Below, piece after piece: positions 39,582-49,576 of a stretch of DNA of 64,000 bases. Under the pieces are notes generated by a model. The model searched no databases and was not told the DNA's origin. It saw only the letters and a list, made by a program, of their open reading frames with translations. This DNA comes from Sulfuriflexus sp. (GTDB taxonomy: Bacteria > Pseudomonadota > Gammaproteobacteria > AKS1): NCBI RefSeq assembly GCF_032250955.1, contig NZ_JAVVES010000003.1:1268-65267 (forward strand), given 5' to 3'. The position numbers were made by a program, and so were the translations under genes. The number at the start of each line of letters is the position of its first letter. Position 1 is the first letter of the stretch.

Positions 39582-41567
39582 TTAAAGAACTGATTCAACG
39601 GCACTCACCACGTTTTCAACGGTGAAGCCAAATTCCTTGAACAACTCGCCGGCCGGGGCAGACTCACCGAAGTGGTCGATACCGACAACCGTATCTGCGT
39701 ACTTGTACCAGCCGCCTGTTACCGCTGCCTCTACCGCAACCGTAGGGATTCCCTTTGTCAGCACCGAGGCGCGGTAAGCGTCATCCTGGGCTTCGAAGGC
39801 ATCAACTGATGGCATTGAGACAACCCGAATCTGCTTGCCGCTCATGGCTTCGGCAGCGCCCATGGCCAGGGCCACTTCGGAACCGGTCGCGATGATGATC
39901 GCATCTGGTGTGCCATCACAGTCCTTAAGAATGTAACCACCCTTGCTGATGGCGGCAATTTGCGCATCCGTACGAGTCTGATGTGGCAGACCCTGGCGTG
40001 AGAAGATCAGTGTTGAAGGACCATCCTTGCGCTCAATGGCCCGGGCCCAACAGACGGCGGACTCAACCGCATCACAGGGACGCCATACTGCCATGTTCGG
40101 GATCATACGCAGGGTCGGGATCTGTTCAATCGGCTGGTGGGTCGGGCCGTCTTCACCCAGACCGATAGAGTCATGGGTAAATACAAAGATACTCTGAATC
40201 TTCATCAGGGCAGCCATGCGCAGGGCGTTACGGGCATATTCCGAGAACATCAGGAAGGTTGCACCGAACGGTATCAGGCCGCCGTGCAGGGTAATGCCGT
40301 TCATGATGGCTGACATACCAAATTCACGCACACCGTAGTTCACGTAGTTGGGAACCTCATTGCTGCACATCGGCTTGTAACCGGACCATTCGGTCAGGTT
40401 GGAACAACCCAGGTCAGCAGAGCCACCGAACAGTTCCGGCACTGCAGGTGAATATGCTTCAATCGCGGCCAGAGAGGCCTGGCGGGTAGCGGGGCTCTTG
40501 GCCTCGGCATTAACGCTGGCGATGTACTCGGCTGATCTGGTCGCCCAGTCTGCCGGCAGGTCACCCTTCATGCGACGTTCAAACTCGGCCGCCAGCTCGG
40601 GGTATTCAGCCGCGTAGGCAGCGAACTTCTCGTTCCAGGCAGCTTCTGCAGCGGCGCCCTTCTCCTTCGCATCCCAGCCGTTATAGATATCGGCAGGGAC
40701 TTCGAAAGGCCCGTGATCCCAGCCCAGCGCGGCCTTGGTCAGGTTGATTTCTTCGTCGCCCAGTGGCGCACCGTGACAGGCATGGCTGCCGGCCTTGTTC
40801 GGGGAACCAAAACCGATCGTGGTCTTGCAGCAAATCATTGTTGGTTTGTCGGTCATGGCCTTGGCCGTCTCGATGGCCTTCTGAAGGGCACTCGGGTCAT
40901 GGCCGTCCACATCCGGGATCACATGCCAGCCATAAGCCTCGAAACGCTTTGGCGTGTCGTCGGTAAACCAGCCCTCAACGTGACCATCGATGGAAATACC
41001 ATTGTCATCCCAGAACGCAATCAGCTTGCCCAGGTTCAGGGTACCGGCGAGTGAACAGGCCTCATGCGAGATACCTTCCATCAAACAACCATCACCCAGG
41101 AATACATAGGTATGGTGATCGACAATGTCGTGACCCTTCTGGTTGAACTGGCCAGCCAAGGCCTTTTCGGCGATGGCCATGCCCACGCCATTGCTAATAC
41201 CCTGGCCAAGTGGGCCGGTAGTCGTCTCAACACCCGGGGCATAACCATACTCGGGATGACCCGGCGTCTTTGAATGCAGCTGGCGGAAATTTTTCAGGTC
41301 ATCCATGCTCAGGTCGTAGCCGGTCAGGTGCAGCAAGGAATAGATAAGCATGGAGCCATGGCCATTTGACAGAACGAAGCGGTCACGATCGGCCCAGCCT
41401 GGATTCGCCGGATTGTGCTGCATGTGGTCATTCCACAGCACTTCGGCAATGTCGGCCATACCCATAGGGGCGCCAGGGTGGCCGGAATTCGCTTTCTGTA
41501 CGGCATCCATGCTCAGTGCGCGAATAGCGTTCGCAAGTTCACGACGGCTCGTTGTAGTTGATGACAT
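39582..41567 (-). CDS. tkt: Transketolase
   Basis: 661 aa with [27 protein letters not shown] and the TPP-binding GDGCLMEG. Confidence 0.96.
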   Translation of the reverse strand: MSSTTTSRRELANAIRALSMDAVQKANSGHPGAPMGMADIAEVLWNDHMQHNPANPGWADRDRFVLSNGHGSMLIYSLLHLTGYDLSMDDLKNFRQLHSKTPGHPEYGYAPGVETTTGPLGQGISNGVGMAIAEKALAGQFNQKGHDIVDHHTYVFLGDGCLMEGISHEACSLAGTLNLGKLIAFWDDNGISIDGHVEGWFTDDTPKRFEAYGWHVIPDVDGHDPSALQKAIETAKAMTDKPTMICCKTTIGFGSPNKAGSHACHGAPLGDEEINLTKAALGWDHGPFEVPADIYNGWDAKEKGAAAEAAWNEKFAAYAAEYPELAAEFERRMKGDLPADWATRSAEYIASVNAEAKSPATRQASLAAIEAYSPAVPELFGGSADLGCSNLTEWSGYKPMCSNEVPNYVNYGVREFGMSAIMNGITLHGGLIPFGATFLMFSEYARNALRMAALMKIQSIFVFTHDSIGLGEDGPTHQPIEQIPTLRMIPNMAVWRPCDAVESAVCWARAIERKDGPSTLIFSRQGLPHQTRTDAQIAAISKGGYILKDCDGTPDAIIIATGSEVALAMGAAEAMSGKQIRVVSMPSVDAFEAQDDAYRASVLTKGIPTVAVEAAVTGGWYKYADTVVGIDHFGESAPAGELFKEFGFTVENVVSAVESVL

Positions 41568-42144
41568 ACCAGAGTCCTCTCTTTTTTACTTAAAGTTAAA
41601 GTTGTAAAAACTGTTGTTCCCCATGACCCCCTCGGGGATATCACGGACTAAATTCATCTCCTGACCCTGTTACCTGTATTAACACAGGATAAAGTCTCCC
41701 CGGCCGACCGCCAGCGGACGTCAGAAATGGGGTTAGAACATTGGGTACTCTCGGGCCCCACAGGGCTGGTGCCAGGTTTTTCTGGAGCCGTCGTCCGGAG
41801 TTAAGGGACGTATTCTCGCTTACCTGCCCGGGCGGGGCAATACTCGAAGCAAAATAAGTCTGGGGCACCGGGCATCATTATCTTTTTTTTCAACAAGTTA
41901 GGTGTGCCGCGTCAATGGCCGTATAAAGAGATATGATGGATAATTGCCAGGCCAGCAGCTGAATCAGACTCCTGACCTCATTCATGTCGGCCAGGCCGCG
42001 AAGAAAGCAGTCCGAAACCCTGATATCGCCTTGCAAAACAGACTGGTTGATGACTACACTTTTCGTACAACGTGAACAATTATAATCTTCCCGCAGATGG
42101 CAGGATAACTACTGCAACTCACCACAGGAACGATTTACAAAATC

Positions 42145-42978
42145 ATGAATAATGCCATATTTTCAATATGTTACAATAAGTTTTGCCCTTTGTTTCGGGG
42201 TTTTCTGGTCGCTGTTACGTTCGGCATTTTTGCCCCCGTCACCCAGGCAGGGGAATATACCTTCGTGGTGCAGCCCATCTTGCCCGCCGAGCAGACCAAA
42301 GAGGCCTTCTTGCCGCTCACCCAATACCTTTCAAGACAAACAGGACACGATATCAAGCTGGTCACTTCGATCAATTTTCTGAGTTACTGGGAAACCATGA
42401 AAAAAAATACCCAGTATGACCTTGTTCTGGACGCCGCCCATCTGACCGCCTATCGCGTTAAGCGCATGGGTTATAACGTGCTGGCCAAACGTGCCGATGC
42501 CGTATCCTACACGCTGGTTACCGGTGAGAATGCCGACGTTCTCGAGCCGGAGGAACTCATTGGTAAATCCATCGCCTCCATCGGCTCCCCGAGTCTTGGC
42601 ATGTTACGCGTCGAAGAAATGTTTCCCAACCCGCTCCGCCAGCCGGTCATCATCGAGGTCAATAACTCGGTTGACTCGATCAAAAAGGTCATTGAAGGCA
42701 AGGCCGTTGGCGCCATGGTGCCAACGCCACTGGTTGGACAGTATCCACAGCTGATAACCGTGACGACTACCGAACAGGTTCCGCATACCGCCATTTCTGC
42801 TTCATCTTCCGTGCCAGCGGACGTGCAGAATGCTATCCGTAAGGCCCTGCTTGACGCCAGCAAAACCGAGGCCGGTCAGCAAATGCTCAGCGCCATTAAC
42901 TTCCCTTCCTTTGAGGCCGCCACGAATGAACAATACAATGGCTATGAATCATTACTGGAAGGTGTTTGGGGCTATTGA
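42145..42978 (+). CDS. PhnD-like periplasmic substrate-binding protein (phosphonate/phosphite ABC-type SBP family), orphan
   Basis: 277 aa with a signal peptide and YTFVVQPILPAEQTKEAFLPLTQYLSRQTGHDIKL, typical of the family. No permease or ATPase gene is adjacent. Confidence 0.65.
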   Translation: MNNAIFSICYNKFCPLFRGFLVAVTFGIFAPVTQAGEYTFVVQPILPAEQTKEAFLPLTQYLSRQTGHDIKLVTSINFLSYWETMKKNTQYDLVLDAAHLTAYRVKRMGYNVLAKRADAVSYTLVTGENADVLEPEELIGKSIASIGSPSLGMLRVEEMFPNPLRQPVIIEVNNSVDSIKKVIEGKAVGAMVPTPLVGQYPQLITVTTTEQVPHTAISASSSVPADVQNAIRKALLDASKTEAGQQMLSAINFPSFEAATNEQYNGYESLLEGVWGY

Positions 42979-43115
42979 TCAACAGGCCGCTCTCTGTTGC
43001 TCACCGCGGCGAAAAGGCGCTGGCGCTGTCTCGTCTCTCACTCTTTCAGCCGTCTGCAGATAAATAACCCCTGCAAGCAGCCTTGTTTAATTAACAATTG
43101 TTTAAACCTTCCACT

Positions 43116-43143
43116 TTGACTTCTCTGCCGTTGCCCTTATAAT
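43116..43143 (+). promoter_or_regulatory. Sigma-70-type promoter for metK
   Basis: TTGACT-16 nt-TATAAT, about 135 nt upstream of the metK ATG. Confidence 0.6.
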
Positions 43144-43154
43144 CTATTCCAGTA

Positions 43155-43260
43155 CAGCGCTGATTTGAATTCAGATTGCGGGCGCTTAATAAATACGGCT
43201 AAAGCGACGTGGTGACCAACATTCCCGAACCCGCTTTAGTCCAGCTGAAGCGGGTTTTTT
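43155..43260 (+). promoter_or_regulatory. Structured metK leader with terminator/antiterminator alternatives (candidate SAM-responsive attenuator)
   Basis: The terminator is ACCCGCTT-N11-AAGCGGGT plus T6 (43229-43260). GGCTAAAGCG (43197-43206) is complementary to CGCTTTAG(T)CC (43232-43242), which overlaps the terminator 5' arm. An upstream stem AGCGC...GCGCT lies at 43156-43186. Confidence 0.5.
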
Positions 43261-43278
43261 AATGAGGAATACACAATA

Positions 43279-44436
43279 ATGAGCGAACATCTCTTCACCT
43301 CCGAATCGGTTTCGGAAGGCCATCCGGACAAGGTCGCTGATCAGATTTCCGACGCCATTCTCGATGCTATCCTTGAGCAAGACGCAAAAGCTCGTGTTGC
43401 CTGTGAGACCCTGGTCACAACCGGCATGGCCATGATTGCCGGCGAGATCACCACCAGTGCCTGGGTCGATATGCCCGAGGTTGTCCGTCAGACCATTAAA
43501 GAGATCGGTTACAACAGTTCCGAAATGGGCTTCGACTGGGAATCCTGCGCGGTCATGACCTCTATAGATAAACAATCCGCCGATATCGCCATGGGTGTGG
43601 ATGAAAGCGAAGATCATGAACAGGGCGCCGGCGATCAGGGCATGATGTTCGGTTATGCCTCGAACGAAACCGACGTATTAATGCCGGCACCGATTGCCTA
43701 CGCGCACCGCCTGGTTCGCCGCCAGGCTGAAGTCCGCAAGAACGGCCAGCTAGCCTGGTTACGCCCGGATGCCAAGAGCCAGATCACTATGCGCTATGAA
43801 GATGGCAAGCCGGTCGCTGTCGATGCCGTCGTCTTGTCGACCCAGCATACCGAGGACATTCAACAAAAGGCGCTGCAGGAAGCCATTATGGAAGAGGTCA
43901 TCAAGCCGGTCCTGCCCGCGGAATGGCTGCATGCCGATACGCAGTACCACATCAACCCCACCGGCCGCTTCGTGATCGGTGGCCCGGTCGGTGACTGTGG
44001 ACTGACCGGGCGCAAGATTATTGTTGATACCTATGGCGGCATGGCTCGTCACGGTGGTGGCGCCTTCTCTGGCAAGGATCCGACCAAGGTCGACCGTTCC
44101 GCCGCCTATGCAACCCGCTATGTCGCCAAGAATATCGTTGCGGCCGGCATCGCGGATCGCTGTGAGATCCAGGTCTCGTATGCCATCGGAGTGGCCAATC
44201 CGACCTCTGTGCGCGTTGAGACATTTGGCACCGGCAAGATCAGTGAGGCGCGTATTATCCAGCTGATCAATGGACACTTTGACCTGCGGCCGCGCGGTAT
44301 TGTCAGCATGCTCGATCTGCTTCGCCCGATCTATCGCCATACCGCTGCCTACGGTCACTTTGGCCGTGACGATATCGACCTGCCATGGGAACGTACCGAC
44401 AAGGCCGAGGCACTGAAAGACGCAGCCGGTCTTTAA
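43279..44436 (+). CDS. metK: S-adenosylmethionine synthetase
   Basis: 385 aa with [29 protein letters not shown] and [19 protein letters not shown]. Confidence 0.97.
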   Translation: MSEHLFTSESVSEGHPDKVADQISDAILDAILEQDAKARVACETLVTTGMAMIAGEITTSAWVDMPEVVRQTIKEIGYNSSEMGFDWESCAVMTSIDKQSADIAMGVDESEDHEQGAGDQGMMFGYASNETDVLMPAPIAYAHRLVRRQAEVRKNGQLAWLRPDAKSQITMRYEDGKPVAVDAVVLSTQHTEDIQQKALQEAIMEEVIKPVLPAEWLHADTQYHINPTGRFVIGGPVGDCGLTGRKIIVDTYGGMARHGGGAFSGKDPTKVDRSAAYATRYVAKNIVAAGIADRCEIQVSYAIGVANPTSVRVETFGTGKISEARIIQLINGHFDLRPRGIVSMLDLLRPIYRHTAAYGHFGRDDIDLPWERTDKAEALKDAAGL

Positions 44437-44482
44437 GTTGGCTAATAAATAAGCTATAGGCTATTCTTTTATCCCCCTGTCA

Positions 44483-44556
44483 ACCTGAGGGACGCTGCAG
44501 CGATAATTCTCGCCAGGCTCGGGTTAATAGTTACAGCAGAACGGCGTCCACCGACT
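44483..44556 (+). promoter_or_regulatory. SAH riboswitch (S-adenosylhomocysteine-sensing) in the ahcY leader
   Basis: CCUGAGGGACGCUGCAGCG...CGCCAGGCUCGG...AACGGCGUCCAC matches the conserved SAH-element blocks GAGG.GCGCUGC / AGGCUCGG / AACGGCGCUCA. The GGACGC/GCGUCC pairing is compensatory. It lies directly upstream of the ahcY Shine-Dalgarno. Confidence 0.8.
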
Positions 44557-44578
44557 TTGAACCTTGAAGGAGGTAGAC

Positions 44579-46000
44579 ATGAACGCAGTCGTTGATCCAG
44601 GTTTTACTGATTACAAAGTGGCCGATATTGCCCTGGCCGAATGGGGCCACAAGGAAATCGCCATCGCCGAGGTAGAAATGCCGGGCCTGATGGCTATCCG
44701 CGAAGAGTACAAGGACGAACAGCCGCTCAAGGGCGCCCGCATCATGGGTAGCCTGCACATGACCATCCAGACCGCCGTCCTCATCGAGACCCTGGTTGCC
44801 CTCGGTGCCGAGGTCCGCTGGGTATCCTGTAACATCTTCTCGACCCAGGACCATGCGGCCGCGGCCATTGCCGCCCAGGGTATCCCTGTTTTTGCCTGGA
44901 AGGGTGAGACCGTCGAGGAATACTGGTGGTGTACCGAGCAGGCCTTCAACTGGCCGGATGGTCAGCTGCCAAACATGATCCTCGATGACGGTGGCGATGC
45001 CACCCTGCTCGTCCACAAGGGTGCGCAGTTCGAAGCAGAAGGTGCTGTACCGGATTCTAAGAAGGGTGATAATGAAGAATGGGTAGCCATCCTGGATGTG
45101 CTGCGCCGCAATCTCGATCTGAACCCGACCAAATGGCGCGACATTGCCAAAAGTATCCGTGGCGTCACCGAAGAAACGACCACCGGCGTGCATCGTCTCT
45201 ACCAGATGATGGAAGACGGTGAACTGCTATTCCCGGCAATGAACGTCAACGACTCGGTGACCAAGTCCAAGTTCGATAACCTGTACGGTTGCCGTGAGTC
45301 CCTGCTTGACGGTATCAAGCGCGCCACCGACGTTATGATCGCCGGCAAAATCTGTGTCGTACTTGGCTATGGTGATGTCGGCAAGGGTTGTGCACAGGCC
45401 TTCCGCGGCATGGGTGCCACCGTGTGGGTAACCGAAATCGACCCGATCTGCGCCCTGCAGGCGGCAATGGAAGGTTACCGCATCGTCAACATGGATGATG
45501 CCTGCAAGGACGGCGATATCTTCGTCACCACAACAGGTAACGTCAATGTTATCGACCATCACCATATGACCGCGATGAAGAACCAGGCGATTGTCTGCAA
45601 CATTGGCCACTTCGATTCCGAGATCAACATTGCCTCCCTGGAAAAATACGAATGGGAAGAGATCAAGCCACAGGTTGACCATGTCATCTTCCCGGATGGC
45701 AAGAAGATCATCGTACTTGCCAAGGGACGCCTGGTGAACCTTGGTTGTGCAACCGGTCATCCGAGCTTCGTCATGTCGGCCTCGTTTACCAACCAGGTTA
45801 TGGCCCAGATCGAGTTCTTCAAGCATGCCGAAAACTACAAGAACGAGGTTTACGTGCTGCCCAAACTACTCGACGAGAAAGTGGCGCGCCTGCACCTTGA
45901 AAAGATCGGCGCCAATCTGACACCACTGACCAAAGAACAGGCCGAGTACATCGGTGTGGCGGCAGACGGTCCTTACAAGACGGACCATTATCGTTACTAA
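44579..46000 (+). CDS. ahcY: Adenosylhomocysteinase
   Basis: 473 aa from [23 protein letters not shown], preceded by GAAGGAGG. It has the NAD-binding GYGDVGKG. Confidence 0.96.
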   Translation: MNAVVDPGFTDYKVADIALAEWGHKEIAIAEVEMPGLMAIREEYKDEQPLKGARIMGSLHMTIQTAVLIETLVALGAEVRWVSCNIFSTQDHAAAAIAAQGIPVFAWKGETVEEYWWCTEQAFNWPDGQLPNMILDDGGDATLLVHKGAQFEAEGAVPDSKKGDNEEWVAILDVLRRNLDLNPTKWRDIAKSIRGVTEETTTGVHRLYQMMEDGELLFPAMNVNDSVTKSKFDNLYGCRESLLDGIKRATDVMIAGKICVVLGYGDVGKGCAQAFRGMGATVWVTEIDPICALQAAMEGYRIVNMDDACKDGDIFVTTTGNVNVIDHHHMTAMKNQAIVCNIGHFDSEINIASLEKYEWEEIKPQVDHVIFPDGKKIIVLAKGRLVNLGCATGHPSFVMSASFTNQVMAQIEFFKHAENYKNEVYVLPKLLDEKVARLHLEKIGANLTPLTKEQAEYIGVAADGPYKTDHYRY

Positions 46001-46015
46001 TCCAGACCTTTGTAA

Positions 46016-46074
46016 AACGCGCAAAGTGTCGCGCTTGTGCAGGTATGCACGCCGCGACACTTTGCGTTCTTTTA
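46016..46074 (+). terminator. Long hairpin terminator after ahcY
   Basis: GCAAAGTGTCGCG...CGCGACACTTTGC forms a 13-bp stem followed by GTTCTTTT. It contains the CTTTGCG motif seen in the REP-like family. Confidence 0.7.
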
Positions 46075-46101
46075 CCAAACAATGGTAGCTCGTGAAAAAA
46101 C

Positions 46102-46941
46102 ATGACTGAGAATATATCCAGGATATACAGCTGCGAGTTCTTCCCGCCCAAGACCGCGGCAGGCAAAGAAAATCTGGACGCTGCCCTGACTGACTTCAAG
46201 CAGTTTGATTTCAGTTATATCTCCTGCACCTATGGTGCCGGCGGCACCACCCAGGAAGGCACTTACGATACAATTCAGCAAATCATGCAACACGGCTTTG
46301 CCGCCGCACCGCATATCACCTGTATCGGTTCAACCAGGGAAAAGATTGCCAGCCTGCTACAGCAATACAAGGAGGCGGGGGTTTCGCGCATTGTCGCGCT
46401 GCGCGGGGATCTGCCGGAAGGCATGGATGACCCGGGTGAGTTCTGCTATGCGAATGAACTGGTCGAGTTCATTCGCCATGAGACCGGTGACCACTTCCAT
46501 ATCGAGGTCGCGGCCTATCCGGAGATGCACCCGCAATCAACCAGCATGCAGGATGATTTACTGCACTTTGCCCGCAAGATCGAGGCCGGTGCGAATGCCG
46601 CTATCACGCAATATTTCTACAATGTCGATGCCTGGGTACGTTTTGTGGAAGATAGCGAGCGTCTGGGCATCACGATCCCGATCATTCCCGGCATTATGCC
46701 GATTACCAACTACAAGCAACTGGCACGTTTTTCTGCCGGTTGTGGTGCTGAAATCCCGCGCTGGATCAGGACCCGACTGGAAGGCTATGGTGAAGACCTG
46801 GACTCGATCCGTGCCTTCGGTTTTGAAGTGACCCTGCAACTGTGTGAACAGTTACTCGAAGCCGGGGCACCGGGGCTGCACTTCTACTCCATGAACCGTG
46901 CGGAACCGACGGTCAGTTTGTTAAAGGAGCTCGGACTCTGA
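46102..46941 (+). CDS. metF: 5,10-methylenetetrahydrofolate reductase
   Basis: 279 aa with SCEFFPPKT...ISCTYGAGGTT...AAPHITC...LHFYSMNRA. Confidence 0.93.
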   Translation: MTENISRIYSCEFFPPKTAAGKENLDAALTDFKQFDFSYISCTYGAGGTTQEGTYDTIQQIMQHGFAAAPHITCIGSTREKIASLLQQYKEAGVSRIVALRGDLPEGMDDPGEFCYANELVEFIRHETGDHFHIEVAAYPEMHPQSTSMQDDLLHFARKIEAGANAAITQYFYNVDAWVRFVEDSERLGITIPIIPGIMPITNYKQLARFSAGCGAEIPRWIRTRLEGYGEDLDSIRAFGFEVTLQLCEQLLEAGAPGLHFYSMNRAEPTVSLLKELGL

Positions 46942-46965
46942 TAGGTGCAAATGGTTGGGAGTCTG

Positions 46966-47025
46966 CTCACAGAACCCTTCGGGTTCATTGTGAGTATCCT
47001 AACCATCTCCGATTGTTCAGGGCAA
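46966..47025 (+). repeat. Dispersed copy of the two-hairpin repeat unit found at 31065-31626
   Basis: CTCACAGAACCCTTCGGGTTCATTGTGAGTATCCTAACCATCTCCGATTGTTCAGGGCAA compares with 31565-31626, CTCACAGAATCCCTTCGGGCTTCATTGTGAGTACCTCAACCATCTCCGATGGTTCGAGGCAA. Confidence 0.8.
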
Positions 47026-47059
47026 ATCATCAATCCGCAATCATAAATCATCAATCTCT

Positions 47060-47791
47060 ATGAGAGTCTCCCGCCTCTTCATTGATATCCCCTTGCAGAC
47101 AGGCGCAACTGTCTCGCTCGAGGCTGAACGACTGAATTATGTCGCCCGTGTCCTGCGCCTCAAGCCAGGGGCGGAACTTACCGTGTTTAATGGGCAAGGT
47201 GGCGAGTACGCGGCCCAACTGGCATCGGTCAGCAAACGCCGCGCCGAGTTGATTGTTGGCGCCTTCAATAATCGTGACCGTGAGTCCCCCCTTGACCTGA
47301 GCCTGGTACAGGGTATCTCACGCGGCGAGCGGATGGACTATACGATTCAAAAGGCCACTGAACTGGGCATCAGCCGCATCGTCCCGGTCTTTACCCAACG
47401 GAGCATGGTGTCACTGGAGGGAGCGAGACTGGCGAAACGCCTGCAACACTGGCAAGGCATCGTTCGCAGTGCCTGTGAACAGTGTGGCCGTAACCATGTG
47501 CCTGTCGTCGAAGCCGCCCTGTCCCTGCCCGAATACCTTGAACAGGAGAACGTGGGCAACAAACTCCTGCTGGACCCGTTGGCCGAGACGGGCCTGACTA
47601 CCCTGCCGCCGCCCGGCGGCAGGACGCACTTGCTCATTGGTCCGGAAGGCGGGCTCGGGGATCAGGAACGTGTACTTGCACACGCAAACGGCTACATGGG
47701 TATTCGACTCGGGCCGCGTGTGTTGCGCACGGAAACTGCCGCAGTAGCCTGTATTGCTGCTCTACAGACCTTGTGGGGCGACCTGCATTAG
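47060..47791 (+). CDS. rsmE: 16S rRNA (uracil1498-N3)-methyltransferase
   Basis: 243 aa with MRVSRLFIDIPL...VLRLKPG...LLIGPEGGL...LGPRVLRTETA. Confidence 0.9.
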   Translation: MRVSRLFIDIPLQTGATVSLEAERLNYVARVLRLKPGAELTVFNGQGGEYAAQLASVSKRRAELIVGAFNNRDRESPLDLSLVQGISRGERMDYTIQKATELGISRIVPVFTQRSMVSLEGARLAKRLQHWQGIVRSACEQCGRNHVPVVEAALSLPEYLEQENVGNKLLLDPLAETGLTTLPPPGGRTHLLIGPEGGLGDQERVLAHANGYMGIRLGPRVLRTETAAVACIAALQTLWGDLH

Positions 47792-47800
47792 CCACGGCGG

Positions 47801-48319
47801 TTATTTTTTCTTTGCGGCCTTCTTTTTCGTGCCGGTCGGCGGCTTCATAGCAAAGGTTTCCGCCACCTGCCGCTCAATCTCGTCAAGATTGGGTATGATC
47901 GCCGTCTTGCCCGCAATGACAACATGACAGGCTACCGCGGGATGCATCTCACCAGGTTCCTCGACGACACTGATGGCAGACTGATCGATTTGCATCAATT
48001 GCGGAATAGTCCGGGTGGGTACGGCGATGAAAGGCACGCCCGGGACACCCGTTACGACGTTCAATACCGCCAGACGCGTGCGTGACCCCGGCTCGGCATA
48101 CTTGCCGCCAAACATTGTTTCAAAGGCAATCACCGGTACCGAGAGTCCACGCCAGGCGAGCATCCCCAATAACCATTCCGGGCGGTTCCGCACGGCTGAC
48201 GGCACTGCCGCCAGCTGACTAAAATCGATGATCTCGGCAATTGCCGTATTCGGCAATACCATCTGCTCATCGTTGAGCGGCACAATCTGGCTGGCGATGG
48301 TCGATGCGGCTTGTGTCAT
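47801..48319 (-). CDS. chpC: CheW-like coupling protein, ChpC position
   Basis: 172 aa with a CheW domain and a Lys-rich tail. It is the last gene of the pil-chp string. Confidence 0.75.
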   Translation of the reverse strand: MTQAASTIASQIVPLNDEQMVLPNTAIAEIIDFSQLAAVPSAVRNRPEWLLGMLAWRGLSVPVIAFETMFGGKYAEPGSRTRLAVLNVVTGVPGVPFIAVPTRTIPQLMQIDQSAISVVEEPGEMHPAVACHVVIAGKTAIIPNLDEIERQVAETFAMKPPTGTKKKAAKKK

Positions 48320-48355
48320 GGTTTCACTCCTGTGTAGCGTTACCGCTATTCCTGT

Positions 48356-49576
48356 CTATCGGGTATGGGTTTCAAAATATGTCGTGAGATGCTCAGACAA
48401 CAACTCTGGTTCCGCGCTGAAGCTGACGATACCGGCACGCCGGGTCGAGTCGGGCATGCTACTGACAACACAGGTAGCAGAATCCTGGGCCCAGACCTTG
48501 CCGCCACGCGACGCAATCAACTGTGCGCCACGTACCCCGTCATTACCCATGCCACTGAATACAATGGCGCTGGTACGCGAACCATAACGTATCGATATAT
48601 CCGTCATCACGGTATCAATTGATGGGGTATAGATACTCTTGAACTCCATCGCCTTTAAACGAATATAACCCTCGGCATCTATTGTTACCCGCTGTGTAGT
48701 CGGTGCAACCACAACTTCATTATGCCGCAACAAGTGGCCCTCGCTGGCCTGCACAACCTTGAAGTGCGAAACCTGGTCGAGCTGTTTCGCCAGCAGGGGA
48801 ACAAAGTTGCTGCCGATATGCTGCGCCAGTACAAAGGCTACGGGTATATCGGCTTTTATTTCGGCAAGAAAGCGTTTGACCATTTGTGGGCCACCGATCG
48901 AGGCACCAATCACCCAGACATTACGGGCCGCAACACCGGCGGTGGAAATCAGTTTTGATACAGTCTTTTTCTCCGCATCAACTTCCAGGCTGGCCTGTAG
49001 CAACGCCTGCTTTTTGATCGACTCCAGATACTCGGCCTCGGCCAGGTATTCCGGTGTGATCTCCGCGGCGGGCACTTCGTTCGGTTCCCGGGCAGGCGTT
49101 GTATCTGCTGCAGGATCGGCAGGCGCACTGTCGAGCGCGGTGAGCGCACCGGCATTTTTCCGGCTCTTGACCGAGACCTGCTGGACGGCGGCTTCGACAA
49201 CCTTTTCAACCGATTCGCCAACCATATCATTGAGTTTCCTGGCGAGGTTGCGCCCCCAGTCCCCACCAGGCTGTGCCGCACGCATGCGCGTTGAATTGGC
49301 CTCGTTAAACAGGGTCGGTAGCGGACTTTCGAGAAGCTCATCAAAAAAATCGAGATCGCGCTCGACATTATCGTCCAGGTCGACCAGCAGGACATCGGCA
49401 TCATCGGCGTTTAAACGACGTATGCTTTCGGCACACAGCAACCGACTCTCAATCACTTGCATGCCACTGCCTTCGAGCAAGGTCTTGAGATTGGCGCGTT
49501 GGTTATCAGAATCGGACAGTAGAGCGACACGTAGCTGGCTGGTTTCGGCAACGGCTGTCATCTCAGCGTGACTCAT
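48356..49576 (-). CDS. chpB: CheB-type methylesterase with N-terminal receiver-like domain
   Basis: 406 aa. The C-terminal CheB domain has VWVIGASIGGPQ and FSGMGNDG. An alternative start lies at 49561. Confidence 0.85.
   Translation of the reverse strand: MSHAEMTAVAETSQLRVALLSDSDNQRANLKTLLEGSGMQVIESRLLCAESIRRLNADDADVLLVDLDDNVERDLDFFDELLESPLPTLFNEANSTRMRAAQPGGDWGRNLARKLNDMVGESVEKVVEAAVQQVSVKSRKNAGALTALDSAPADPAADTTPAREPNEVPAAEITPEYLAEAEYLESIKKQALLQASLEVDAEKKTVSKLISTAGVAARNVWVIGASIGGPQMVKRFLAEIKADIPVAFVLAQHIGSNFVPLLAKQLDQVSHFKVVQASEGHLLRHNEVVVAPTTQRVTIDAEGYIRLKAMEFKSIYTPSIDTVMTDISIRYGSRTSAIVFSGMGNDGVRGAQLIASRGGKVWAQDSATCVVSSMPDSTRRAGIVSFSAEPELLSEHLTTYFETHTR

Noticed and set aside
41641-41868. 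75-aa minus-strand ORF upstream of tkt
   Set aside because: Its Pro/Gly/Ser-rich composition is not protein-like, it has no Shine-Dalgarno and no recognisable family. I treated the region as noncoding.
43759-45826. Minus-strand ORFs of about 200 aa (43759-44358, 44531-45193, 45227-45826)
   Set aside because: They are antisense to metK and ahcY. No recognisable motifs.
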